A stretch of 64,000 nt of DNA from assembly GCA_036229005.1 (NCBI GenBank), contig JAZAMN010000054.1:1-64000 (forward strand). The letters are read 5' to 3'. This document shows positions 19,721 through 29,123 of the stretch, piece by piece. Within the stretch, counting starts at the first letter, position 1. Each line of letters opens with the position of its first letter. Under the pieces are notes generated by a model. It saw only the letters and a program-made list of their open reading frames with translations, had not been told where the DNA came from and made no database searches. The DNA comes from Myxococcota bacterium (GTDB lineage Bacteria; Myxococcota_A; UBA796; CAJQPC01). Position numbers and translations under genes: made by a program.

Positions 19721-22208
19721 CCACCGTGATGGCCAAAAACACGGCGATGAAGCCGCCCAGCGCCATGCAGAGCTGGCCCACCTCCAGACCCATGTCGTCG
19801 ACGTTCGAGCCCTTTAGCCCCAGCTCGTAGAGGGGACCGCTCAGGGGCCTGCGGTCCCACTTGCCGGGGATGCGGCTGGTCTCCTCCAGGTGGGAGCCCA
19901 TCTTGAGGCTCAGGTCGAAGGCGTAGCGCTGCATGGTGACCCAGGTGAAGGCCTTGGGCAGGGGTCCCATGTCGCGCAGGCTGACCATGATGCTGGAGAA
20001 GCAGATGTTGGGGATGAGCAGCAGAGGCAGCGTACCGACGGCGGCTTCGCTGGAGGTGTAGAGCGCCGAGAGCATCAGCCCGAGCGCGAGGCCCGTGAGG
20101 CCCGTGAGCACCTGGGCAAGGCCGAGATCCGCCAGGCCGTAGCCGTAGTCCCCCAGCCCCATGGAGAGCCAGACGATGGCGGTGAACGCGAAGGTCTGGA
20201 GCGCGTTGAGGGCGGCCAGCACGGCCAGCTTGGAGCCCAGGTAGGGCAGCACGCGCACGCCGACCTTGCGCTCGCGACGCCAGATGGTGCGGTCGATGAT
20301 CAGCTCGCGCACCGACATGGACATGCCGAACCACAGGCAGCTCAGGGAGAGCATGAACACAAGGCGGGTGGTCGGGACCGGGAAGACGATCCAGATGAGC
20401 AGCGCCAGGATGGGGGGCTGCACGGCAAGCACGGCCAGACCGGAGCGATCGCGGAGCTTGGTCTTGGCGTAGCGGGTGGTGAGCGTGAGCCACTGGGAGA
20501 GCGGCCCGGCCCGGCGGGTGACCTGGGGAGAGGCCGGCTCGCTGACGACCTCCCGCCCGTCCAGCAGGTGGGCGCGGGTGGCCACATAGCTGCGGTAGTC
20601 GGGGCTCTCGCGGAAGGCCTGGGCCCACTCGCGGGGGCTGGACTCCTCCAGGCGATCGAAGATGCGGTCCGGGCTATCCACGCCAAAGTGGGATGCGGCG
20701 CTGTCGGGCGGCCCGAAGTAGGCGACCCTACCGCCTGGGGCCATGACCAGCAGATGATCCACCAGCGCCATCACGGCCGGCGTGAGGTCATGCGTGACCA
20801 GGAACACGATGCGCCCGTCGTCCGCGAGCTGGCGGATCTGGCGCACGATGGACTGGGCGGAGCGCGGGTCCAGGCCGGAGGTGGGCTCGTCCAGGAAGAG
20901 CACTCGGGTGTTCCGGGTGAGCAGGTCCTGGCCCAGGTTGACGCGCTTGCGCTGCCCGCCGGAGATGCCGCGCTTGAGGGCGTCGCCGATGCGGCTGCCG
21001 CGGATGTGCTCGATGCCTAGCTCGTCCAGGACGCGGTCGACCTCGCCGTCGATCTCCTCGGAGGAGACGTCGGAGGCGTAGCGGAGGCGGCCGGAGAAGC
21101 GGAGGCTCTCCTGCACCGTGAGCTCGGGGTGGACCAGGTCATCCTGGGGGACCAACCCCACTGCGGAGGCGTCCTCCTTGAGGATGGCGTGGAAGTCCCG
21201 GCCGCCCAGCAGGACGTCTCCGGTGTCGGCGGGGGCGATGCCGGCGATGGCGTTGATCAGGGTGGTCTTGCCCGCGCCGGAGGGCCCCACCAGGGCGACA
21301 AGCTCTCCGGAGAAGACCGAGAACGAGACCCCCTCCAGCAGGGTGATGGGCTCGGGGCCGTCCTCGATGCTGCGGTTGAGCTCGCGGACCTGCAGCGCGG
21401 TGAAGGAGCGGTGCCCGAAGGCGTGGAGCTCCTCCTCCGTGAGGCGGATGGACCAGGGACCGACCTTGAACTGCTCGCCGGGCGCCATGGGCCGCGAGGA
21501 GATGGGCTGGCCTGCGACCAGGGTGGGTCGGCCCGAGCCGGCGTCGACCAGGCGCCAGCGCCCCTCGCCCCGCATCAGGGTGCAGTGGTGGCGAGCGACC
21601 TGCGGGTCCGGGAGCACGACGTCGTTTCCGGCGGCGCGGCCGATGGTCAGGCGTTCCCCGACCAGGGGCCAGGTGAGCTCTCCAGCGGCGTGGCGCGGGT
21701 CGTAGCGCTGGAAGAGGGCGGACACCAGCACGGGGTCCACCCCAAGCGCCACCGCGGCCTGCTCCAGCGAGCGGGCCTCCTCGGGGTCGAGCTCGCCGTT
21801 GGCGGCGGCCACCCGGAACATGGCGTCCAGGAGCAGCAGGGAGTCCGCGGCGCCGTAGTGGTCGGCGAACGCGGGGAGCGAGAGCTCGGCGGCCCGGGCC
21901 TCGGCCAGCAGGGTGGCCGCCTCCGCGCCGAAGCGGGAGCTGAACGCACGGACCTCGTCTGCGCCGATCTCGCTGCGATGTTGGGGTGAGAGCGCGAGGT
22001 TCAAGAGGAGGGCCCGGGCCGCTTGAGGCAGACCGGTCCTCGCCTCCAAAGCCTGATGGAGGACCTCTCGCTCGGCGCTCCCGAGATCACCACCACGCCC
22101 GCGGACGAGGAGCTGGGCCATGTCGGCGGCCAGCTCCACGGCCTCGGGGTCGAGCTCCTCCCCCCGGATCACCAGGGCGGAGGAGAACGCGTCGCTGAGG
22201 CGACTCAC
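19692..22208 (-). CDS. TerB-like + FHA + ABC ATPase + ABC-2 permease fusion
   Basis: TerB-like FRVAAANGELDPEE. FHA TIGRAAGNDVVL...VARHHC. Walker A GPSGAGKTT, ISGGQRKR, LDEPTSGLD. C-terminal TM helices. GTG start at 22208 inferred. Confidence 0.88.
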   Translation of the reverse strand: MSRLSDAFSSALVIRGEELDPEAVELAADMAQLLVRGRGGDLGSAEREVLHQALEARTGLPQAARALLLNLALSPQHRSEIGADEVRAFSSRFGAEAATLLAEARAAELSLPAFADHYGAADSLLLLDAMFRVAAANGELDPEEARSLEQAAVALGVDPVLVSALFQRYDPRHAAGELTWPLVGERLTIGRAAGNDVVLPDPQVARHHCTLMRGEGRWRLVDAGSGRPTLVAGQPISSRPMAPGEQFKVGPWSIRLTEEELHAFGHRSFTALQVRELNRSIEDGPEPITLLEGVSFSVFSGELVALVGPSGAGKTTLINAIAGIAPADTGDVLLGGRDFHAILKEDASAVGLVPQDDLVHPELTVQESLRFSGRLRYASDVSSEEIDGEVDRVLDELGIEHIRGSRIGDALKRGISGGQRKRVNLGQDLLTRNTRVLFLDEPTSGLDPRSAQSIVRQIRQLADDGRIVFLVTHDLTPAVMALVDHLLVMAPGGRVAYFGPPDSAASHFGVDSPDRIFDRLEESSPREWAQAFRESPDYRSYVATRAHLLDGREVVSEPASPQVTRRAGPLSQWLTLTTRYAKTKLRDRSGLAVLAVQPPILALLIWIVFPVPTTRLVFMLSLSCLWFGMSMSVRELIIDRTIWRRERKVGVRVLPYLGSKLAVLAALNALQTFAFTAIVWLSMGLGDYGYGLADLGLAQVLTGLTGLALGLMLSALYTSSEAAVGTLPLLLIPNICFSSIMVSLRDMGPLPKAFTWVTMQRYAFDLSLKMGSHLEETSRIPGKWDRRPLSGPLYELGLKGSNVDDMGLEVGQLCMALGGFIAVFLAITVVTTWARDRS

Positions 22209-22212
22209 GGCA

Positions 22213-22653
22213 TCAGCGGTAGGTGACCGCCATGCCCACGCCCGCAGCGGCGGTGGTGTCCGCCAGCTCCGTCGCGTGCACGGCCACGTAGTAGGTCGCG
22301 GTCGTGGTGGGCTTGTGGCTGACGCTGGGCTGGCGGTCCTGGCTGTCGTCCTGAGCCAGCACGTTGCCATCGGAGTCGTAGAGCAGCACGTCGACGTTCT
22401 TTGCGTGCGCGTCCGCGCAGGCCGAGATCTTGTACTCGTTGCCCTCGTACAGGGTCACCATGTAGATCCGGTGCTCGCCCTGCTTGAGGGAGGCAGAGGT
22501 GGCGGTCCGGACGGCCCATCCGTCGTTGTAGCCGTCCCAGATCTTGGTCCGAAGGCAGCTCTCCGCCTCGTCCTCGTCAGCGAAGGCCGCTGGTGTGGCG
22601 ACCAACGCGCCCGCAACGAGGGCGACGGCAAAGGGGGCCAGGAGCTTCTTCAT
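22213..22653 (-). CDS. Small secreted protein, PPC-like beta-sandwich
   Basis: Signal MKKLL...AFA. NVDVLLYDSDGNVLAQDD...TATYYVAV. Confidence 0.7.
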   Translation of the reverse strand: MKKLLAPFAVALVAGALVATPAAFADEDEAESCLRTKIWDGYNDGWAVRTATSASLKQGEHRIYMVTLYEGNEYKISACADAHAKNVDVLLYDSDGNVLAQDDSQDRQPSVSHKPTTTATYYVAVHATELADTTAAAGVGMAVTYR

Positions 22654-22662
22654 GTCAGCCTC

Positions 22663-23514
22663 TCAGAGCAGGTCGAGCACGGCGGTGGTGCTGGACTGGA
22701 TGTTCTTGACGTCCTCTTCCGAGAACTGCTCCTTCTTGCAGATCCCGTCCAGCGTCTCCAGGGTGGTCTTGAGCTGGGCGATGACCTCGGAGGGAGCCTT
22801 GTCCTGGCCTTCGGCCTCGACGTAGCCCTGGAAGTAGTCCACGACCGCAGGCTGGCGCAGCAACGCCGCCGACTTGTCGTAGTTGCCGGACTCCACGATG
22901 GCCGACGACACCAGGTTGGCGCCGCCCAGCCAGGAGCCGGCCTGGATCAGGGGCACCGAGCGGGAGCCGGCCTCGTACTCGATCTCGGGGATGACCGCGC
23001 CGGAGAGCTCGTCGAGCTCCTTGACCAGATCATCGCGGGAGACCGCGTCGTTCATGACCCGATCGTTGATGTCCTGGATGGTGGCGCCGATGTCGTCGCC
23101 AGCGCCGAGCTGCTCCATGCCGGTCTTGATGTCCATGAGCTGCGCGGACAGCTTGTCCTTGGGCGCGGTCTTCACGGTCAGCAGCAGGTCGGCGAGGATC
23201 ACGCCGGTGCGCACTGCCACGACGTCCTTGTTCGGGACGTCCATCTTGAGCTTGCGGTCGGGGACCTTCTCCCCGAGCTTGGCCTGGATGCCAGCGGCGT
23301 CGAGCGCCTTCTGCATCTCCGCGGGGCTGGGCACCAACGCGATGTTCTCGGCGTCCTTGCTGAGCTCCTCCACCGTCAGGGTCTCAGGCTGCGCCTTGGG
23401 CTCGACCTGGGCGGGCTCAGGGTTGGTCGTGGGCTCGGGGTCGCCGCCACTGCAAGCGGTCAGCGCACCGAGGGCCAGGAGCGCGGCGAGCGCGCGGGGC
23501 CGGGAAATCAGCAT
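22663..23514 (-). CDS. Helical lipoprotein, unknown function
   Basis: Lipobox LTAC. Motifs VPSPAEM, GVILADL, AGSWLGG. Confidence 0.75.
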   Translation of the reverse strand: MLISRPRALAALLALGALTACSGGDPEPTTNPEPAQVEPKAQPETLTVEELSKDAENIALVPSPAEMQKALDAAGIQAKLGEKVPDRKLKMDVPNKDVVAVRTGVILADLLLTVKTAPKDKLSAQLMDIKTGMEQLGAGDDIGATIQDINDRVMNDAVSRDDLVKELDELSGAVIPEIEYEAGSRSVPLIQAGSWLGGANLVSSAIVESGNYDKSAALLRQPAVVDYFQGYVEAEGQDKAPSEVIAQLKTTLETLDGICKKEQFSEEDVKNIQSSTTAVLDLL

Positions 23515-23655
23515 GGAGGGTCCTCCTTGGGGCCTTGGGATCCAAGCATCGGAACGAAAGGCTACGACCTGAACTTTCTCTTTGGCAAGCGGGCCCGGGG
23601 AGTTGACGCCGCCCGCACATCCTGTCGGACCGACGCCAGCTTCCGATGAGCCCCC

Positions 23656-23700
23656 CAAAAACGACGCGGCCCCGCGCCGGGGCGATCCGGGCGGGGCCGC
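23656..23700 (-). terminator. Putative intrinsic terminator
   Basis: Stem gcggccccgc/gcggggccgc followed on the minus strand by gtcgttttt, just after the stop at 23719. Confidence 0.5.
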
Positions 23701-23718
23701 AGGGGCGGGGCGAGGCGC

Positions 23719-24645
23719 CTACTCCTCGGGGTACTCGGCCTCAGCGAAGGCGCACGCGCCCTGCTCACCCTCAACCACGCCCTGCCAGGAGGTCTCCTTG
23801 TAGACCGACGAGAAGCTGGTGTCCCAGCACTCGCTGGAGAGCGCAACGTTGTCCCCGAGCTCACCACCCGTGACCAGCGCGTCCGAGCGGCCCTCCCCGA
23901 CCTCGGTCCACCGCGAGCGCACCACATACAGGAGCTCGGCCTCCTCATCGGCCCCGGCGGTGGTCCACCCCAGGTCCATGCTCCCCTCCCCCTCGTGCAC
24001 CTGATCGTAGCGGTAGAGGGCGTCCACGGGCTCGGCCCCGTCCTGGAAGTCGTTGAACGCGGCCTCGCCACGCACGCCCTCCTCGTCGACCTCGTAGTCC
24101 ACCGCGTACTCCCCGGTGGCGCTCTGGTTGGGATCCAGGGCGTTGATCATGTCGAAGTCGATGTAGAAGCGACCGCTGTGCACCTCTCGCGTGGAGCCCG
24201 CGTCCACCTCTCCCACAATGACCGCCACGTACTCGGAGTCGTCGGCGCCCTTGGGCTTCTGCTGGAACTGCCAGGAGGTGCTGCCGTCGTCCTGCAGTTG
24301 GACGCTGAGCAGGGTGTCCACAGGGTCCAGGGCGTCCGACCAGGGGCCCCAGACCGCGTGGTTCTGGTCCCCGTCCACGTAGCTGGCCGGGTAGTCGGTG
24401 ATGGTGTCCACCATGCCCAGCACGAAGCCCGTCAGCCCGTTGATCGAGCGGGTGGTCGAGGCGGTGAACAGGTAGGCCTGCGACCACTCCCCGGCGGCCT
24501 TCGCCGCGCCGTCCTGCACGGGCATGTTGATCAGCAGGCGCTCGTCGGGGAGGTTCTCGGTCAGCTCGGAGCCCGGGGCGCCCGGCAGGCAGCCGCTCAG
24601 GGCAGCGGTGGAGAGGACGGCGAGGGAGAGGGCGGCGCGCTTCAT
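23719..24645 (-). CDS. Acidic beta-rich lipoprotein, unknown function
   Basis: MKRAALSLAVLSTAALSGC lipobox. RBS aggag. Confidence 0.75.
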   Translation of the reverse strand: MKRAALSLAVLSTAALSGCLPGAPGSELTENLPDERLLINMPVQDGAAKAAGEWSQAYLFTASTTRSINGLTGFVLGMVDTITDYPASYVDGDQNHAVWGPWSDALDPVDTLLSVQLQDDGSTSWQFQQKPKGADDSEYVAVIVGEVDAGSTREVHSGRFYIDFDMINALDPNQSATGEYAVDYEVDEEGVRGEAAFNDFQDGAEPVDALYRYDQVHEGEGSMDLGWTTAGADEEAELLYVVRSRWTEVGEGRSDALVTGGELGDNVALSSECWDTSFSSVYKETSWQGVVEGEQGACAFAEAEYPEE

Positions 24646-24801
24646 GGGGGGCTCCTGTTGCGAATGTCTGCCCGCTTGCCGGGCTCGCAGGGATGGACCC
24701 TCGGGCCGGGCCCGATCGAAAAGGGGGCGCGCGCTTTTTGGGATCCCCCGCCCAAGCCACCCGGTTAGCCAAGGCCAGAACACTGGCCTGGAGATCCCCC
24801 C

Positions 24802-25290
24802 GTGGAGCACATCGACGCGCTGATCAAGGAACTCAAGGACGCCGACGACGAGCGGCAGGAGGCCATCAAGGCCGAGCTGATCGCGGCCTGCCAGGCGGAG
24901 GGTGGTCGCGCCGTCCGTGACCACATCGAGTCCTCCTCCCGCAGTCAGGTCCTGCTGGTCCAGTGGGAGCTGGATGAGGTGTTGGAGGCCACCGCGCCAG
25001 CTCCGGTCGCACCGCCTGAGCCCGAGCCCGAGCCCGCACCGGAAGAGCCCGAGCCCGCCAGCGAGGACACCGAGAAGCCGCTCACCGCCGCAGACCTGGA
25101 CATGGTGTACGACGACCCCCGCGGGCTGGTGCTGCACAGGACCAAGGACGGCAAGCGCTGGTTCGCCACCCAGGTCAACCCCCAGACCGGGCAGCCCCAG
25201 ACCTTTGAGCTGCACCCCCAGGAGATCGACCAGATCAAGGCGCAGCTCGCTGGCTCGCCCTATTGGTCGCTGGGCTCCGGTCTGGCCTGA
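24802..25290 (+). CDS. Hypothetical two-domain protein with Pro/Glu linker
   Basis: GTG start with ggag RBS. PEPEPEP linker. Confidence 0.65.
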   Translation: MEHIDALIKELKDADDERQEAIKAELIAACQAEGGRAVRDHIESSSRSQVLLVQWELDEVLEATAPAPVAPPEPEPEPAPEEPEPASEDTEKPLTAADLDMVYDDPRGLVLHRTKDGKRWFATQVNPQTGQPQTFELHPQEIDQIKAQLAGSPYWSLGSGLA

Positions 25291-25417
25291 GCGCCGGGCC
25301 GGGTCCCGCCGGGACAGAGAAATCCGCGCCGTTTTGACAACGGGTCCGCACGCCCGTACCAGAATGCGAGCCTGAAGAACCGGTAAGCCGATGAAAGGCT
25401 TACGCCAGGAGACCTGA

Positions 25418-28400
25418 ATGCTGAACCGGCCGCTGCTGTCCCGTGCCCTGCTCATCGCCCTCTTCTCCGCCCCGATGGTGGTGGCCGTCACCGACTCGGC
25501 CCCCGCGGCGGCCCAGGGTGCCTCGCTGTTCGCCAACAGCAGCGGGATGGTTCACCTGCTCTCCCCAAGCGCGGTTGTTGGGGACGGCAGCTCCACCGCC
25601 ACCCTCTTCCTCCTCGCCCTGAACCCGGATGGCAGCCCCATGACCGGCCTCAAGGGGCGGATCGGCGCGGACCAGGGCGGCACCTCCGATCTCAAGGATC
25701 AGGGCAACGGGCTGTACAGCTTCGACTACACGCCCCCGATGGTGAGCGCCGCGACCAAGGTCAGCTTCTCGCTCAAGGCCAAGACCGCTGCCAAGGTCAG
25801 CATGGACAAGGACTTCGCCCTCTGGGTGAACCCGCCCCTGCCCGCGCAGCTCACTGTCAGCTCCAGCCCCACCGAGCTGGTGCTGGGTCAGGACCAGGGC
25901 GCCGCTCTGAACATCCGCCTGACCGGCCCCAATGGCGAGACCGCGGCGGACGGCGGCCAGCTCCTGGTCAACACCGAGTACGGCAGCGTGGAGTCCCTGA
26001 CCTACCTGGGCGGCGGCGCCTGGACCGCCCGCTACGTGCCCAAGGCGGTCAACTACCCGCACCTGGACGTGGTGACCTTCGCCGACGCCCGCGACCCCTC
26101 CAAGGTGTACGGCACCCACGTGGTCTCGATGGTGGGCAAGACCAACTTCCCCATCTCTGATGCCACCCCCAACAGCACCGTGATGCTGCGCATCGGGGAG
26201 CGCGACTTTGGCCCCTACCAGGCCGACACCCAGGGCAAGGTCAGCATCCCCGTGACCGTGCCCCCGGGCATCCCCACGGCCACCCGCATCACCATAGTCA
26301 ATGGCGAGCAGCGGCAGGAGCCCTTTGACCTCCAGCTCCCCAAGACCCGCCGCCTGGCGCTCTTCCCCATGGCCACGGTCCCCGGCGATGGCGAGACCAG
26401 CGTCCCTGTGCGGATCGCGGTCCGCACCCCCGAGGGCAAGGCTGACGGCGGCGCAAAGGTCAGCCTCTCCTCCACCTCCGGCAAGGTCTCCCAGCCGGTG
26501 CACGAGGGGAACGGCATCTACCGCGCCGACTTCACCCCCTCCCGCAGCGCCGCGGGGGAGACGGTCACCCTGAGCGCATCGGTCGCCGGCGAGGCCAGCA
26601 AGTCCGACCTCCAGGTCCAGGTCGCGCCCGCGCTGCCCAACCAGCTCAAGCTCACCGCCGAGCCCACCCAGCTCAGCGCTGGCGCCACCGGCTTCAAGGT
26701 CTACGCCAAGCTCACCGACCCGGCGGGCATCGGCATCGAGGGCGCCGCTCCCGCGTTCGTGGTGGCCGGCGCCAAGGCCAGCGGGGCCCCCCGCGACCTC
26801 AAGTCGGGCGACTACCAGTCCAGCTTCAGCACCACGGGGGCCGACTCTGTGCTGGTGACTGCCCTGGCCCTCGGCGCGCCCTCGGGCAACCCCATGTCTC
26901 GCGTGGTGGTGCTGCCCTCCTCCGAGCGCGTCACCAACGATGGCCGCAGCACCGTGGTCGTCTCCGTGCTGAGCGTCGACCAGTTCGGCTACCCCGTTCC
27001 CGACCAGCCGGTCACCCTGCGGGTCAACGCCGGCGACGGCCGCCTCCCCTCCGAGGTGCGCACCGACGCCCGCGGCCTGGCCACCGTGACCTACGCCGCT
27101 GGCAGGACCGCCGGCCCCGTGGACATCGAGGCCAAGTCCGGCGGCCTCTACGGCTCCGCCACCCTGCTCCAGGTCCCCGCCAGCGTGGACATCGACCTGC
27201 CTGCCAGTGGCAGCGCCAGCGTCGTTTCCCAGGACGAGCGCCTGGCCCGCCTGGTCCAGACCGTGCTCATCCCGCGGGAGGGCGCCTCTGGCGTCGCCCT
27301 GGCGACCATGGATGACACCTCCGGCACCGTCGGCCCCGTCACCACCCTCGAGGTGGCCGCCAGCCCCGCCGAGGTCGCACCGGGCGGCAGCGTGACCATC
27401 AACATCACCGCCCGCGACCAGCAGGGCCGCGCGGTCGCCGACGAGGACCTCAAGGTGCTCGCTACCGGCGGCGTGATGTCCGCAGTCCAGAAGCGCGGCG
27501 GCGGCAGCTACAGCGCCACCCTGACGGTCAACGCGGACGCCAGCGGCGACGCGATGGTCGTGGTCACCAGCGCGAACGGCAAGGTCAGCCAGGCCCTGCC
27601 GGTCCCCATCGCCGCCAACCTCTGGGGCAGCGCCCCCGAGGCCGCCGTCGTGGAGAACACCACCCCTGAAGGCCCCGCTGGCGCGGCACCGGAGACCACC
27701 CCGGTCGCCCCCCTGCCCCCTCCCCCGGAGCCCCCCACCGCCCCCAAGGCCGAGGGTGAGTTCCCCAACGGGCGCGTGCGGGTAGCCGGCGTGTTCGGGT
27801 CCTACGACTACCGCCAGGCCCCCACCGAGAACCCCAGCGCGCTGTGGAACGACGCGGTCAACGTCGCCACCGGCATCGCGGGCTTCGAGGTCGACGGCTA
27901 CGGCTACCTGCCCAAGCTCCCCTACCTGGGCGCCGAGGCGCAGTTCCGCATGGGCCTCTACAGCCTGGTCTGGCCGGGCACGAGCGAGGAGCAGGCCATC
28001 GGTGACCAGGTCCCCCGCCTGAACGTCAGCGTCCTGGGCCGCCTCCCCTTCCAGGTGGGCGACAACCAGCTCCACGTGGGCGCGCGCGCCGGGTACCTCT
28101 ACGGTGACTTCATCACCTACCAGCAGGGAGCCACCGAGACCCAGCTCAACTACGACTCCGTGGGCCTGCCTGGCGGCTGGACCTTGGGCGGTGAGCTCGG
28201 CGCTCAGTTCAGCCAGCGCGCGCACATGCGGGCCGTCTACACAGCGGGCTTCAACCAGGTGAACCTCTACGACCACAGCGTCATGGTGGACCTGGGCGTG
28301 CGCCCCTCCCTGGACCTGCCTCTGTCCCTGGTCGGCAGCTTCCAGTACACCGCCCGCGACATCGAGGTCGTGACTGCCGGCGACGGCAGCAGCACCCTGG

Positions 28401-28459
28401 TCGGCACCCTCGAAGACACCCAGCTTCTGGGCACCGTGGGCGTCGCCTACGAGTTCTGA
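25418..28459 (+). CDS. Ig-like (Big_1/invasin-type) repeat surface protein with C-terminal beta-barrel
   Basis: Signal peptide. Repeated DG..T / GNG.Y.A.Y/F.P / D..G..V Ig motifs. Pro-rich linker, then amphipathic strands ending GVAYEF. Confidence 0.78.
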   Translation: MLNRPLLSRALLIALFSAPMVVAVTDSAPAAAQGASLFANSSGMVHLLSPSAVVGDGSSTATLFLLALNPDGSPMTGLKGRIGADQGGTSDLKDQGNGLYSFDYTPPMVSAATKVSFSLKAKTAAKVSMDKDFALWVNPPLPAQLTVSSSPTELVLGQDQGAALNIRLTGPNGETAADGGQLLVNTEYGSVESLTYLGGGAWTARYVPKAVNYPHLDVVTFADARDPSKVYGTHVVSMVGKTNFPISDATPNSTVMLRIGERDFGPYQADTQGKVSIPVTVPPGIPTATRITIVNGEQRQEPFDLQLPKTRRLALFPMATVPGDGETSVPVRIAVRTPEGKADGGAKVSLSSTSGKVSQPVHEGNGIYRADFTPSRSAAGETVTLSASVAGEASKSDLQVQVAPALPNQLKLTAEPTQLSAGATGFKVYAKLTDPAGIGIEGAAPAFVVAGAKASGAPRDLKSGDYQSSFSTTGADSVLVTALALGAPSGNPMSRVVVLPSSERVTNDGRSTVVVSVLSVDQFGYPVPDQPVTLRVNAGDGRLPSEVRTDARGLATVTYAAGRTAGPVDIEAKSGGLYGSATLLQVPASVDIDLPASGSASVVSQDERLARLVQTVLIPREGASGVALATMDDTSGTVGPVTTLEVAASPAEVAPGGSVTINITARDQQGRAVADEDLKVLATGGVMSAVQKRGGGSYSATLTVNADASGDAMVVVTSANGKVSQALPVPIAANLWGSAPEAAVVENTTPEGPAGAAPETTPVAPLPPPPEPPTAPKAEGEFPNGRVRVAGVFGSYDYRQAPTENPSALWNDAVNVATGIAGFEVDGYGYLPKLPYLGAEAQFRMGLYSLVWPGTSEEQAIGDQVPRLNVSVLGRLPFQVGDNQLHVGARAGYLYGDFITYQQGATETQLNYDSVGLPGGWTLGGELGAQFSQRAHMRAVYTAGFNQVNLYDHSVMVDLGVRPSLDLPLSLVGSFQYTARDIEVVTAGDGSSTLVGTLEDTQLLGTVGVAYEF

Positions 28460-29123
28460 GCCGGGGCTCAGGTGGGGCGCGAGCCCCACTCCCACCCTCA
28501 CCACCGCCGGGGTTTCGGCGCGCAGACCTGCGCCCGAAACCCGGGAGTTCGGGCGGCCGAGGCGGTCGGTTCAAGCCAAAGCAGCGGCGACGCCGCGCCG
28601 ACGCGAAGGCCCCTGCGCCTCGACCCCGTCCGACCGAACTCCCGGCTGGGGGTGGCCCCGGCTCCGCCGGGGCTCAGGGGGGTCGCGCACGCCCCCACCC
28701 CACTCCCCCCTCACCACCGCCGAGGTCTCGGTGCGCAAACCTGCGCCCGAGACCCGGGAGTTCGGGCGGCCGAGGCGGTCGGTTCAAGCCAAAGAAGCGG
28801 CAAAGCCGCGCCGACGCGCAGGACCGAACGCCTCGCACCCGTCCGACCGAACTCCCCCGCGGGGGGTGGCCCCCGCTCCGCCGGGGCTCAGGGGGGTCGC
28901 GAGACCCCCATAGAAAACCGGGGTTGCTGCGCGCAAACCTGCGCGCGCAGCCGGCTCGGAGGGGGGCCGGGAGCTTCCCGACAAAGCCAAAGCGGGAGTC
29001 GGCCCTGGCCGGCTCCCCGACGCGCCGAGGGAAGCTTCCGCTCATGTCCCCCCGGAGAGCCCGCGGGGGGTGGGCCCAGCTTGACTGGGCCTCAGGGGGG
29101 TCGCGAGACCCCCATACAAAAAA
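28460..29123 (+). repeat. Tandem array of three ~205-215 bp structured palindromic units (A, A, B)
   Basis: Marker gccggggctcagg at 28460, 28666 and 28880. Each unit holds gcgcaNacctgcgc, aagccaaag and ccgacgcg. Confidence 0.9.

Noticed and set aside
25400..28504. Long antisense ORFs (also 839-3139, 4887-7394, 31293-33167, 56711-59245)
   Set aside because: Typical high-GC shadow frames opposite well-supported genes.
28500..28910. tRNA, 5S rRNA, group II intron domain V or known small ribozyme
   Set aside because: No T-loop/CCA, domain V or recognisable hammerhead/HDV/pistol core could be matched by eye.
28460..29123. CRISPR array
   Set aside because: Units are ~210 bp and similar along their length, with no short repeat/unique spacer pattern and no cas genes.
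29095..29123. gggggtcgcgagaccccc + A-run as intrinsic terminator
   Set aside because: The A-run follows the hairpin on the + strand, so neither strand has a U-tract 3' of the stem.
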